Assembly (NCBI GenBank): GCA_030141605.1 | Contig: JAQGDQ010000667.1 | Location: forward strand, 1 to 64,000 | From: Tubiluchus corallicola | Lineage: Eukaryota > Animalia > Priapulida | Reading direction: 5' to 3' | DNA: 64,000 nt | Shown: positions 25,856 through 39,631 of the stretch, one piece after another | Numbering within the stretch: the first letter of the stretch is position 1 | How the letters are laid out: every line of letters begins with the position of its first letter | Translations under genes and position numbers: made by a program | The notes under the pieces: generated by a model | What the model was told of the DNA's origin: nothing | Seen by the model: only the letters and a program-made list of their open reading frames with translations | Database searches by the model: none

Positions 25856-27589
25856 CCCAGGCGTGGCATCGAAATCTAAACTGACACTATTTACTGTCAA
25901 CTGGCTGGCTCTGTCATCACTGGCAACTTTCTTCAAGATTTTTTTATATAGATTTTTATGCCTTGTATCTAGATTTTTGCAGGTTTTGTGCCCAAAGTTA
26001 GCAGACATGAATTGAAACTAAGCAGAAGTTTCCAATATAGTAAGACTATTTTATTTGCAAGGTAAATGAAAAGAGAAATCCAACTCGGTAAATTTAATTG
26101 CTCTAAACAGTATTACTTCTCAGATGTAGAGTCAATGGCCGCTCAGTGGAAAAATTGTAAAAATTAAGCGGTTTACAAGTATTTTTTGAAACAGAAGAGT
26201 AAACTAATATAACTAATATAGCAATAATTTGGCCATCATTGATTAATTTTTCTAAAAACGATCCGGTAGTAAGGATACTTTTGACACGTGACCAAAGTAG
26301 CCCTAAACCTCGTGGTGACATTGATGGCACATTTCAAGTTTTTTTTAAAAAAGTAATTATCAGTCTGGCATCTTCTTTACATCAGGTGGTCTACTGGCTA
26401 ACTCTGAAAGTGTTATACCCAACAGGGTGTCACGCATTATTAGGCGAAACTCTGATTAATCAAAGTCACCCCAGTTGACAGTGGTAAGTGACACATTTTA
26501 AATTAAAGGCCGTGAAACTTTAAAAATGGAATTAGCCAAAATGACGGGATTGTACAAGGCCTTTTAAAAGAACTATTAGTGTGACGGATACAGTTCTAGT
26601 TAATCGTCAGGTCTACTCGATACCATGTTTTTGCAGTAGTGTAAGACTAAGAATTTAATAATTTAACAAGGAAGGAAAAGGCTTACCTGAATTTATCTCA
26701 TTCACGCGCTTGGACATACACTTACGTCAAGTTATAGGAAAAGCGTTACAAGTAAAAGAAATAAGCACCACCTAATTTGCAACATACATCGTCTTTGCGT
26801 TAAATATGCAGTAATTAAAAGCTCATTATTTTAAATGTATGCAGCATGCAAAAAACAAGTCTTAGTGTCAAAGCAGACGAGCATTATCAATACAGCTTTG
26901 TGCTATGCGGCGTACGCGCGTCCTTCACAACAGACAAAATGGCCGTCGAATACGATGCTTTTCTTGCGCCTCTGCCAGCTGGCCTGGCGGCTACGGTGAT
27001 CAACATCGAGATATAGAGATGCTCTCTTTTTTCATTTAGTAACAAATTTTCCAGTGCCAAACTTTCTCAGTATAAAATTTTCTTCGTACCGTATTTTCCT
27101 AGTACTAAAACTTCCTTCTACCTAAAGATGAAAGTAACCAATTTACCCGTACGAAAACTATCGAGTACTAAAAATTCCTAGTACCAAATTTTCCTGATAC
27201 CAAAATTTCCTCGTACCAAAATTGCCGTACCAAACTTCCTGTACCAAACTTTCTCGTATCAAATTTACCGCGCACTGTAATAATAATATAAAGAAGCACA
27301 TAGTTTCGAGAAATAAAAAAGTTATAATAATCAAAATTATACACTGATTTTGTTATACCTCATCTAGAATAGTGTGTGGCTGTGTGCAACTTTGGAATCC
27401 CCGTTATCAGAAAGAAATATTACTTACGGAAGGTGTACAAAGGCGTGTTACAAAAATAATTCGGTTGTAAAAATCTGACATAATTTGGAAAGGTCTTAAA
27501 TTTAAAAACACCGTGGAATTGTGCTGAGGTTTATAAAAACTAGAAAAGACACATTTTACCTGAAAAAGTCTTTAATTAATTGTTTTTGT

Positions 27590-27700
27590 TGGTTCTAAAA
27601 CTAGCGGACATAGTTTAAAGCTGTTTAAAAAGCGTCTTGCCATTCGTAAATATTCATTTATAGTGAGAGTGGTAAATGAATGGAATAATCTGCTTGTAAT
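27590..27700 (+). mobile_element. CR1-like LINE 3' fragment
   Basis: Translates TSGHSLKLFKKRLAIRKYSFIVRVVNEWNNL, the typical CR1 ORF2 C-terminus. Confidence 0.7.
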
Positions 27701-30700
27701 GGAGACTGCCACACCAAATATAATAGTAAAATCGACAATTATTTTGTGAAAAATGTGGGGTTTCTATTAATGTACTCGATTAACCTCTAATCATGAGGGT
27801 ATAACAATACAGCAAGACAGAAACGTCTCGACATTTGATAATAAAAACAGTTTCTACTGAGCAATGCATAAGATAATCACCCTACTGTGAATTTGGAAGA
27901 GTTTTAGCCACTATTGAATAATCGACCCTTATTTTGAACTACAGAAGCAATATTAGGCTTCAAACCACTGAAAATATGACAAAGCAAAATTATTTGAATT
28001 TCGGTATACCTCATAGTAAAATTTGTGCTATAATTTGTATTAACATTATTTTACTGTAATTAACAACGCTAACACACAACTACACTCTATCTAGTGAAGA
28101 ATTGGGCCATTACCCATTGCAAAAATAAAGAGCAACTATAATTTTAACAAAAGTGACATTTTGATGCACTATTACCAAGCACACGACGTTCTTTCTTGTT
28201 ACTATTATAATAAAATTTTAATTTAAGTAGTATTTATTGTCCAATAAGCAGCTTCCCGTGACAGGGCAAGAATTAAAAAGCAGCATTAAAGAGTAGCAAC
28301 TACACAGGTGTCTACATCAAACAGATTTAGAACTTTGGTCTCCTGCTCTTTTTCTCCAATTTCTGTAACCCAAGGCACCTGTGTAGAAAAAAGGTACCAG
28401 CAACGCAAGGACTTTCAGTTGCTGCTGTATGTATCTCCGTTTCGCTTTAGCCCCGGGGTTCACAACCTTTTGTTGACGGTGCCCCCTTTTCCATGTCCCT
28501 GCATCAAATCGCGACCCCACGAAGAATATAATCGCATGTTGTACTATTAAACATCATTATCGTTTTCGTTTATTAATTTTAACTTTCTATTCAACAAATC
28601 ATTGAACAATGAGTGATTGTTTCATTGATTCATTCATGTAGTGTGTTGCGCCTGTTTCTCAGCGACCAGTAATGCAATGCAATAGGTATCTAAGGAGAAC
28701 CCACGTAAAATTAAGAAATTAAAATGAATAGCGACACGTTTTCGGACGGTGTGCGCTGTACAGAACAACGCGAATTTTTATTTTCGAAGAAAATCAAACA
28801 CTGGTGTACCGCATTTAAAGCGGGAAAACGCTGTTTCATTTTCCAGAACAAAATTTGTAACGAGAAACTGTGGAAACAAGACCTACTTACATACTTTTCA
28901 TGAAAAGAGCGTCTTTTAAAAATAGTTTTTGGACTACCCCACGACTTTTCGTTGTAACCCATGCTTGAGCCAGTTACTGCTTGCATATAATGGGATTAAT
29001 GAATAAATTTGGACAAAACTCCCAGCCCTTGCACTTCAAGCAAAGCCGTGGCATAATTGTAAAACGAAAACGGTTCATAGGTTTGGAGTACTCCCGCAGT
29101 CCAACTAGCATTAATAAACACACGAGCCACAAAAGGTATTGTTTTGCTTTTCCATAATTTATCGTCTAATTTTTTTATTAGTCACTACGTGTCAGATCTA
29201 TGTACGAGATTCTTATGCTACTGCAAAAGTCAAAATCTTCATCATTTTTTCAACAGAAGACATTTTAAACCTGTTATTTTTTAAGTCAGTACTAATCTGA
29301 ATTGTAATCGACAATGTTAAATCGTTTGTTTTGCTGCTGATCCATCTGTTGGCGGAGGAGCTTGATAAATTCGCCCATCTGCTCGGTCATCATTGCTTGA
29401 ATAAACAACCGTCCACTGAGTTACCAAGGATCCTGTCGACTGCGTCAATATTTGAAGTGTTTTCTGGTTTTCTCTACGAGCCTTCCGAGAGAAACGAAAC
29501 ACAACAGCTGCACAACTAAGTAGTATCTTCGTGTACACTTGTAAACTGTTTTCCAATAAAGAACAGAATTAAAATTTAAAGCAGATAATTTGTTTGTTCT
29601 GTAGTAAATTTATAAATCATAAGCGCCACTGTTAACCCAACATAGTAAAAGGCAGAATCACCATAAGCGGTCTGTCTAATCATTCAAATCATTTTATTTA
29701 CAAAGAATAGCTTGGCCTCTTATTTGACATAAAAGCAGTCAATTACATGCTTATGCCGCTTGGAACGTCTCATCTTCAATGATGGTGTATCCGTACGGGG
29801 ATGGCTTTTGAGTAACAGCTATGTATATTTATATGTAATTCACATCATAAATATTTTCATTGACTGGCTTGTACAGGCTTACTGTTATTTCACAAACTGC
29901 TTTTCTATAGTGTCGTCTATAATACATAAACTGATATAATATAAAGTTGCACTTGTATACAAAACTACGAATCATATTTTGTGAAATCTACATTTCTTTA
30001 TTTTTTACAATTGCTTACCAACACACCGCAAATAAATTTAGATTTTTGTATACATTATTCGAAATTTGATTCGAAAATGGTTAGTAATGAATTCGAAGTC
30101 GATTCGAATTCGAAATCTTGAAATTCGATTCGATTTGAATTCGATTTTTGAAGGAGTTTGCTCACCCCTACCGTTTGGGGAGAGCATTTTCTTAAAAGCA
30201 AGAATTTATGGTTACTGCTCTTTATTAAATCTTTTCTGCTTGGCAGTATGTGAGATGAAAATGCTTAGAAGCAATTTTCCTGGTGGTCATGTATCCATTA
30301 ATTAGACAGACGTGGTGACGTCAACTTTGGTCACTAACCAGAGATTGTGCTGCCACCCCATTAGACCTAGGAACACATATTACAAGAGCAACCAGCACAA
30401 CGTAGAAAATTCCTACTAAAACGACGTGCAGCCCTTGTAACTGGGTCCTTTAACGAGTTTTCCACATAGAAATTTTTAACCCATTCTGCCCACTGCCATA
30501 TACTAATGGTAGAAGTTAAGCAATGCTGAGCTCAGCCTGTGTGCTGTAGTAAAAATGCGTGACGGACAAAAACTGAGCAAGAAGAAGTTCTTCTTCCGTA
30601 CTTCCGTTCTTGCCTTCATTCTTGGAATGAGAAACCGTTCCGGTCTGATCATGCTTATGAGCAGTAGAAAACAAACAAACGAAAATTATTGTTAACTTAA

Positions 30701-30704
30701 GTAA

Positions 30705-31145
30705 TTGATGTTATGATTTATTGATGAGCATAAAGTTATTGATCTTATGATTTATTGATGAGCATAACGTTATTGATCTTATGATTTATTGATGAGCAAT
30801 AAAGTTACTGATGTTATGATTTATTGATGAGCATAAAGTTATTGATCTTATGATTTATTGATGAGCACAAAGTTATTGATATTATGATTTATTGATGAGC
30901 ATAAAGTTATTGATGTTATGATTTATTGATGAGCATAAAGTTATTGATGTTACGATTTATTGATGAGCATAAAGTTATTGATCTTATGATTTATTGATGA
31001 GCATCAAGTTATTGATCTTATGATTTATTGATGAGCATAAAGTTATTGATCTTATAATTTATTGATGAGCATAAAGTTATTGATGTTATAATTTATTGAT
31101 GAACATAAAGTTATTGATCTCATGATTTATTGTTGAACATAAAGT
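30705..31145. repeat. 34-bp minisatellite, ~13 copies, just downstream of the LRR gene stop
   Basis: Unit ttattgatgagcataaagttattgatcttatgat. Confidence 0.95.
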
Positions 31146-31189
31146 TGTGACTGTAAAATACCAAAATGAATCATTTCTAGTATTTCAAC

Positions 31190-31422
31190 TCAAAGGAAGA
31201 GAAGTACGGGTAAGGTCAATAAAAACACGCCATTCACTGACACTGATCTACAGCCTCTGCTAAGAATAAAAGTTTCATTTGTTTCATTGGAATCACAAAC
31301 GGGATAATTTGCCGGTTTCCATCGTATATTGGCACCCCATGACTTATAGCAATGGACCATGAATCGCCACCACTCAGTTTCTACTGCCCACATCAGATCA
31401 CAGTCGCACTCAAGCTTGGAAT
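31190..31422 (-). CDS. LRR protein, last coding exon: LRRCT cap + hydrophobic C-terminus
   Basis: Acceptor ttttttcctag, phase 1. Reads (H)SKLECDCDLMWAVETEWWRFMVHC...YPVCDS...VFLLTLPVLLFL*. Joins in frame to the exon ending at 42829, giving YLELTHSKLECDCDLMW. Confidence 0.85.
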
Positions 31423-31451
31423 CTAGGAAAAAATGAAAATAAATTTGCAAT

Positions 31452-31972
<521 letters not shown>

Positions 31973-33164
31973 TTATTAGTTTATCACCATTTTTAAAATA
32001 GCAAAATACATAACTAAGAGATTTATAAATCTGTACAACATACAATAATATTACAAAGTGCAAAAGTAATTATTGATTAGTGGTGAAAGGGTGGCGAAAG
32101 AACTATAAGTTATCGAGGTCAGCCACCCTCTCAGGATTGTTACTAATATAATTAATTAGTTAATTAACCAGGTAATTAAAAATTATCAGATTTTGCATTT
32201 AAGACGAATGAAAATTGAATTATTATACGAATGTGTTAGTTTATAATAAAATAATGTTCAATAATGGGAAAGAAGAGACACACGTGACTATCTTTAAATA
32301 ATAATTTAACCATTACGTATTTAAAATTAATGTTATAAGGACCTAGAGCCAAATTAAGAAGAAAAATTAATTTTCCGCTTGTAGCTAGCAAAAGTGGATA
32401 AAATGTATGTTTAGTCATGAAAAAAGAGTTGAAAGAAAAGTATCTTAAAATTCTTTAAGATTAGCGTTCATTATTGCATAATACTGAAGTCTAAATATAT
32501 ACAAAAGGTGTACCTTACCTCCATAACATACATTTGAGCTGCGATGCTTACTGAAGAATTTGTACAGCGTGACGAACAGCGTACAGCAATAGCTGCCATT
32601 ACTTTACAAATGGACGACTATTTGTACTAAGCAAGTATTATTATAGCTAAATAAATCCACGAACAATACAAACTTAATTCCTACTGGCAAGAGTTGGGAT
32701 AATCAATACATCTCACTGTTTAAACAATGAAAAGGCTTTTTTGAATTGGTGTATGTGTATGGTTATAAGGTCAGAGGAAAAAGGTGACGCAAAAAAGTCA
32801 AAAATTTGGCATGGAAAAAATCACAGGAAAAAATTCTCAATTAATTATGTCCAGCATTAGGGATTAGGTTTGGGGTTATTTCTTATATCTGTGACTTTCT
32901 TACCTGGATTTTTGTATCAATGTGGTTTTTCATCAGGTGAAACAATGAAAAAACGAAAAGAGGAAAAACCACTGATACCATTTTTTTGGTTATTTACATT
33001 ATTCACACATAGAAATAATGCACAATATTCTCCTTTTTTACTTTTTCGTCTTATGATAAAATATTCGTGGTTTGTGTTTTATTTGTGAGATTTTTTTATT
33101 AATTTATAAATAAAGTCGATCATGAATAGATCTAACAAGTTGGATGTTTATTATAATGCTAACG

Positions 33165-34790
33165 GAGAGTAAAGCAAGTCAAAGGGAGTTAAAGCAAGTC
33201 AAAGAGAGTAAAAGCAAGTCAAAGGGAGTTAAAGCAAGTCAAAGAGAGAAAAGCAAGTCAAAGGGAGTTAAAGCAAGTCAAAAGAGAGTTAAAGCAAGTC
33301 AAAGAGAGAAAAGCAAGTCAAAGAGAGAAAAGCAAGTCAACGGGAGTTAAAGCAAGTCAAAGAGAGTAAAAGCAAGTCAAAGGGAGTTAAAGCAAGTCAA
33401 AGAGAGTAAAAGCAAGGCAAAAGAGAGTTAAAGCAAGTCAAAGAGAGTTAAAGCAAGTCAAAGAGAGTAAAAGCAAGTCAAAGGGAGTTAAAGCAAGTCA
33501 AAGAGAGAAAAGCAAGTCAAAGAGAGTAAAGCAAGTCAAAGGGAGTTAAAGCAAGTCAAAGAGAGAAAAGCAAGTCAAAGGGAGTTAAAGCAAGTCAAAG
33601 AGAGTTAAAGCAAGTCAAAGGGAGTTAAAGCAAGTCAAAGAGAGTTAAAGCATGTCAAAGAGAGTTAAAGCAAGTCAAAGAGAGTAAAAGCAAGTCAAAA
33701 GAGAGTTAAAGCAAGTCAAAGAGAGAAAAGCAAGTCAAAGAGAGAAAAGCAAGTCAACGGGAGTTAAAGCAAGTCAAAGAGAGTAAAAGCAAGTCAAAAG
33801 AGAGTTAAAGCAAGTCAAAGAAAGAAAAGCAAGTCAAAGGGAGTTAAAGCAAGTCAAAGAGAGTTAAAGCAAGTCAAAGAGAGTAAAAGCAAGTCAAAAG
33901 AGAGTTAAAGCAAGTCAAAGAGAGAAAAGCAAGTCAAAGAGAGAAAAGCAAGTCAACGGGAGTTAAAGCAAGTCAAAAGAGAGTTAAAGCAAGTCAAAGA
34001 GAGTAAAAGCAAGTCAAAGGGAGTTAAAGCAAGTCAAAGAGAGTAAAAGCAAGTCAAAGAGAGTAAAAGCAAGTCAAAAGAGAGTTAAAGCAAGTCAAAG
34101 AGAGAAAAGCAAGTCAAAGAGAGAAAAGCAAGTCAACGGGAGTTAAAGCAAGTCAAAGAGAGTAAAAGCAAGTCAAAGGGAGTTAAAGCAAGTCAAAGAG
34201 AGTAAAAGCAAGGCAAAAGAGAGTTAAAGCAAGTCAAAGAGAGTTAAAGCAAGTCAAAGAGAGTAAAAGCAAGTCAAAGGGAGTTAAAGCAAGTCAAAGA
34301 GAGAAAAGCAAGTCAAAGGGAGTTAAAGCAAGTCAAAGAGAGAAAAGCAAGTCAAAGAGAGAAAAGCAAGTCAAAGGGAGTTAAAGCAAGTCAAAGAGAG
34401 TTAAAGCAAGTCAAAGGGAGTTAAAGCAAGTCAAAGAGAGTTAAAGCAAGTCAAAGGGAGTTAAAGCAAGTCAAAGAGAGTTAAAGCATGTCAAAGAGAG
34501 TAAAAGCAAGCCAAAGGGAGTTAAAGCAAGTCAAAGAGAGAAAAGCAAGTCAAAGAGAGAAAAGCAAGTCGAAGAGCGTAAAAGCAAGGCAAAAGAGAGT
34601 TAAAGCAAGTCAAAGAAAGTTAAAGCAAGTCAAAGGGAGTTAAAGCAAGTCAAAAGAAAGTTAAAGCAAATCAAAGGGAGTTAAAGTAAGTCAAAAGAAA
34701 GTTAAAGCAAGTCAAAGGGAGTTAAAGTAAGTCAAAGAGAGAAAAGCAAGGCAAAAGAGAGTTAAAGCAAGCCAAAGAGAGTTAAAGCAA
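33165..34790. repeat. ~20-bp satellite (aaagcaagtcaaagagagtt), left arm
   Basis: Direct repeat; resumes at 40929 after the LTR element. Confidence 0.96.
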
Positions 34791-36061
34791 GTTGTGGTGA
34801 ATAAATTTATAAATCGATGATTTTCGATATTTTGGTATAAGGTTGCCTGCCTCCCTGATTGCATGAATAAATTTACAGATCGTGCGATAAGGAACTCACT
34901 CAGCTGAAAAGCCCGGATTTAATGAACTGTAAACTGCGTAGGATGTCAGAACTAAGAATAGCGTTTACGTCAGGACACTCTAAGATGCTTAAGATAATTA
35001 GCTAACATTAAGTCGAGACGGATGTACCGTTCATAATGAGCGTTATGCACAGATTGCTAGTAATTAACAAAACTCTGCGAGGTCGTTGGTTTTTGAAGAA
35101 AGAACACGGATACGTTTTACGGGCGTATAATGACTGCGTCTTCAAAACTTGTCCCATAAATTTTGTTGCTTCATACGACGCAGAAATTGTGCAAGGTTAC
35201 TGCAAGGTTACCTCAATGAAATATAAGCCCCGGGTTCGAATAACCCAGCGCTCGTTCCACCCGATCGTATTGGAGGAGACACGTGCTGTGTGTACGGTAA
35301 AACACACAGAAGGCGATTCGATCAACAAGACAACTCCTGAAGTTCAGCGTAGACATCTTTCTGCGTTCCTAGGATAATCTGGGCACTGAGCCGACGAGAA
35401 ATCTTGTATCAGCTATCGGAATTGACCAAATTGTATTATACATTGGGTCAACTCCGCAGAGTTAAGTACTCTTAACATATTGGTAAAACTGAGAATTAAC
35501 TGTGCATATCGTTAGTAGTTCTTATAAGTTCACATTGTACTATAGTGAGAATAAGTGTAAGAATTGTTCAGAGAGGTACTTTTGAGAAGCTAACAAAATA
35601 GTTGTGAGCGTCAAAAGCGCTTAAGGACTAAATCTTGTAAGATATACTTAAGCAGTAATTATTGTAAATCAATAAAACAATTCTCTTGGACATTTAACAA
35701 TTGAGTTAATGTATATTATCAGTGTTTAACTCAAGCAACACTATTTCCGATATACGAATCTGATTAGTTCGCTTTGTATTAACTATCGTCCATATTGCGG
35801 GGACATAGCTAGGAAACTTGAGAGATATAGACCTTTCTCACAACGCGAAGGTCAAGGTGAAGTTTAGATAAGACGATCATTGCTTACTAGACTGATATCC
35901 AAAGCTCTCGGAGTCAGGTGAAGGATTCACCTTATAGCATTTAGGAGTTAAGCGAACACATTAAAATTCAATCTATACGATACATAGATTTAAGTCACCT
36001 TACACTATACGATCTAGATTAACAGAAACATTAGGCATTTGAAAATTAGAAGGTGATAACT
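34790..36061 (+). repeat. 5' LTR
   Basis: Begins (ag)ttgtggtgaataaatttataaatcgatg; TATA-like aaatataag at ~35219; aataaa at 35671; ends gataact abutting the PBS. Confidence 0.88.
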
Positions 36062-36079
36062 GGTGCCGTGATAGCGGAT
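36061..36079 (+). promoter_or_regulatory. Primer binding site, tRNA-His type
   Basis: tggtgccgtgatagcggat; the first 11 nt match the complement of the tRNA-His 3' end (TGGTGCCGTGACTCGGAT, recalled from established knowledge). Confidence 0.75.
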
Positions 36080-38582
36080 TTTAGTGTTTTGCTATTTAGT
36101 ACTTGCAATATTTTGTAACTTTAATTAAGGTTCGGAATTTTGTAAACATTGTGAACTTGTATATACGATATGTACGTTATTCTCAGAGGAATCACGACTA
36201 TAAACAACTGCAACGGAGAACTGAGAGTGAAAGTTAGAACAAGCCTTGAGGACATTCAAGAAATTGGAAAGTAATTACCGCCCTGGTAACGGATCTGAAG
36301 GCAGCACCAGAACGACGTTGGAACCCCCTCAACCAATTGGTGAGTGGTTTTTGTATTGTCAAAGGTGTTAACAGCCGAGTTATTGTATTGAAGAGAATTT
36401 TGTTAATTGCGCCTAGTTGCGAAAAATATGTCGAACCCTCCTGTTATTAGCTCAGGCTTGTTGAGAACTGAGGAAAACCCTCTGGTAGAGAGAATGAATT
36501 GGTCTCAATTTGTAACATTTTTAAAGAATCAGAGGCAGAAGAAAAGGGAGGATGAGAATAATCATGAGATTACGAGATTAAAGAGTCGACATGTGGCGCA
36601 TCACCTGCGAGTGGAGACGCCCATGGAGAGCGACCAAATAGGCTCTGAATTAGAGAGCGAAGGCCCAGTGTGCCAACTACTTCCCCGAGTTACTAAAGGA
36701 CCTGAACAAGGTCCCCCTGAGAATAGGAAAACGGTTCCCGAGAACCGCCAGGGTAAACAGTATCCGGTGGGAAGAAATCCTCCCAGAAATGGACCAGCCC
36801 TCAGGCAGTGGCTTCGGTCTGCCGGAGTAGGCCGTCAGTTAAACTATTAGGCTCCCGACGGGCCGTCTCCCCCGTCCGGAGCGAAGCTTATTTGAAGGAG
36901 ATAGGCGGCGCTGCGAATGATAGGAAATTAACTAGTGAAAATGGTTGTAAAAATTGCAAGATGGTAAACAGTAGTAAAAGTCGTGAGAATGCGAGAACAG
37001 GGAGAATTATTGCTGTAGTAAGTAGGAATAGAATACTCAGTAATAAAGATAATAGCTTAGTAGCCCCCGAGGGCATGGCAGTTAGCAGAGAGATCGGCTC
37101 TGTTAAAACTGTGAGGTGGCTCAGCGTTTGGAAACGCTGGTCGCCCTATTAAGGAAGTGTTTAGCGAAATGGGCAACGAGTGTCTGCACGATGAATATAT
37201 TAAAATGACCTAGAAGATTAATGGGAAATTTAATCTAGAGGCTTGATTCGAAAATAATGGAAATGTTTAGTAAAGAGCCAGCCGAACTATATTAGAGCTT
37301 AAGTAGCAATAGATAGGCACTAGTGACATCTAGCGCCCAGAGTTCCCAAGTTGCAGCGTAAAAGTAAAAGGTAAACACAGAGTTCTAGGAGGGTCAGTCA
37401 AGTTAAGTTGTGAACTAACCTACTCTCCCGGCGACGGATGGCGTCTCTGAGTGATCTCAACCCCTGGCATGGGACGCTGTGCTAAGATTGTTTTCACAAA
37501 ATAGTGAGCCATTCCTCGCAGCTTGAACCTATCAAACGTACATTAAATAAGCAGGAGATTAAGAGCTCTTATAAGAATTTATTGGTAAGATAATGTACGG
37601 AGAGTAACGAGTAATGGCAGAAAAGCTATAAATAAAGTAATACTATAAGTAGTATATTGAGTAAAAGTTAAATGAAAAGGTTTACAACAAGGCCATTAAC
37701 ACATTGCTGCAAGGTGTTTAAATGAAAGTGAAAGTTTTACATGATAGAGGTTAGAGAGAGAACCGTAAGGGATATCCAGTTAAATAAGAGTAAAAAGGGG
37801 AACTGAAGGTGGCTGGAGCCTGTCCGTTCTGATTGGATCCATTAGAGCGAGACAAATAATAGAAGAATCAATAGCTAGGTCGCATAGGAAAACGTTTACT
37901 GGGAGTAAACTAGAGAGGAAAGGAATTTTAGGAGGAAAAGACAGTGCAGATAATTAGAACTCGACCCATATTAAAATAGAATGCTGCCAGAGGTACAGTT
38001 CACCCACCAGGAGCTTATTGGTGAATAAGAGGCACAATTTGCTGCTAAGGCATAGGTCTCGAACGGTACCCTGTGGTGGTATGTGAATCGCGCGCAGATT
38101 AAAGGGAAAGAGTGTGTATTTTGACACACGGTAGCTAAACACACTATATTGTAAGAGTTCGGGTAGAACTCGCGCTGTACGCAAGCGGGTTAGTCTAAAT
38201 ATACTTAGCCGTATTGGGTTGAGAACTAACATTCCGCACAGGCGCAGCGAATTGGTTAAATAAAAGTAAGATTAAGAAATGCTTACTGAGTATCAAGGGA
38301 ACAGTTGGACTGTTCAAAGAGAAAAGTCCTTGATTCAAACGGAATTGAAGGCAATGCATGCGAGAAAAATTTAAAGATAGATCAAGAGCTGTTAGCGAGC
38401 GGATTAGTGTAGTTATGAACTCTTGATATGCTTGATCTCTAATTGGATCGAGAACTAATACCTGCCTACGCGCAGCTGATCTAAGGAATGAATAGTAAGG
38501 CTAGAATGAAATAGCTTACTAATTTCATGAAAGAGGTTAGGGCTACTCTAGGGGGAGGAAAGCCCTCCCTAACCTGAAGAGT

Positions 38583-39118
38583 AGAGAACGGTGCCAATTA
38601 AAAGTACCAGTAAGGTCAACTGCTTACGCAACGGCATGTCCAGCCGTGTTGTTTCATAACCGGCCTGATAAGACATTAAAAGCCTGCGAGCGTAGGGTAA
38701 AAGCCATAAAACACCCAGAGGTAGTTGTGACCATATTACTGCCGGGACTTGGTATGTATCTCCATTTAGTGAGACTTTGATTACATATACCTGTTCAAGC
38801 CCCGTGGAATTAATAGAATAACATCCTCAGAAGAGAGGATTAAAGAACCTAAATTAATAATCATTGGGAATGGGTGTAAGGTACACTCGAGGTCTTTTGA
38901 GCTACCCACCTATTATTATCGGAACTCACAAATACGGTTGAAAGAAGACCAAATTGAGTTGCCGATGAGTGAGATGATTGAGAGGTTCTATAGAGAGTTG
39001 AGTGAATTACAGGACTTAACTCCTGGTATGGTAGATAGGATCCCTGAATATATGAACCTACCAGCGGTCCAAGACGGGACAGACTTTGACAAGACAGACT
39101 TTGACGACCCTAGATGAC
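38583..39118 (+). pseudogene. Frameshifted env-like (baculovirus F / errantivirus env type) remnant
   Basis: Three-frame manual translation: RERCQLKVPVRSTAYATACPAVLFHNRPDKTLKACERRVKAIKHPEVV / HITAGTWYVSPFSETLITYTCSS / RGINRITSSEERIKEPKLIIIGNGCKVHSRSFELPTYY. Cys/Trp spacing resembles the C-terminal ectodomain of F-type env; located just upstream of the PPT region. Confidence 0.6.
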
Positions 39119-39631
39119 CTAATATTGGCCAACTTAAGCGCCCACAAGACGGTCTGGAGATAACGAGAGGGTCGATTTAATGAAAGGTTGATGGCAAATG
39201 AAGCCATACATAACAGGCTGGTAACATTGGATGATGGTAGAGAAACCACCCAATTAGGTTTAAAGGGATCGATGTAAATAATTGTACATGATGAACTTAT
39301 GATACTGCAGAATGTATTTTATGTTACAGAAGGATGGGATCATTGGAAATGGAAGGCGGGAAGAAGATGAAGTCGGAAAAGACAATAAGGGGTATCTGAG
39401 GAAGAATCTCAGGAGATCAGTGGAATCACAACCCCGGTCCAGGAAGTCGGAAAGACCCGATGGACAATGGTATCCCGAAACCATAACCTCCAAGATGGAA
39501 CGTCCCATAATAATATTAAGATGTAACATGTAATGTTGCTAATGTATCTAATTAAGGAGCTTCCAAAAGTTAAGATCTTAGATCAGATCATTAAATTCGT
39601 GCTACATCTGAGGTGAGTGTTAGGGGAGGAA

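Noticed and set aside
26687-27000. Promoter or first exon of the WSC gene (donor-like ag|gtaagc at 26686; CpG-richer patch)
   Set aside because: Plausible, but there are several alternative donors and no transcript evidence.
29317-29556. 79-aa minus ORF as a cytoplasmic-tail exon of the LRR gene
   Set aside because: No convincing donor before the stop at 31190 and no recognisable domain.
30055-30172. ttcgaa-rich block ending in a TIR-like tgctcacccta-type sequence (similar blocks near 15365 and 61835)
   Set aside because: Only one end is visible; a likely DNA-transposon fragment that cannot be delimited.
32519-32715. Candidate middle exon of the LRR gene (good donor gag|gtaagg at 32518)
   Set aside because: The frames tested from nearby acceptors hit stops or break phase, and the two flanking exons already join into a complete LRRCT motif.
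36407-37152. ORFs of 147 and 114 aa as an intact gag
   Set aside because: Position fits a gag relic, but I see no CCHC knuckle or other recognisable motif, and the frames are broken.
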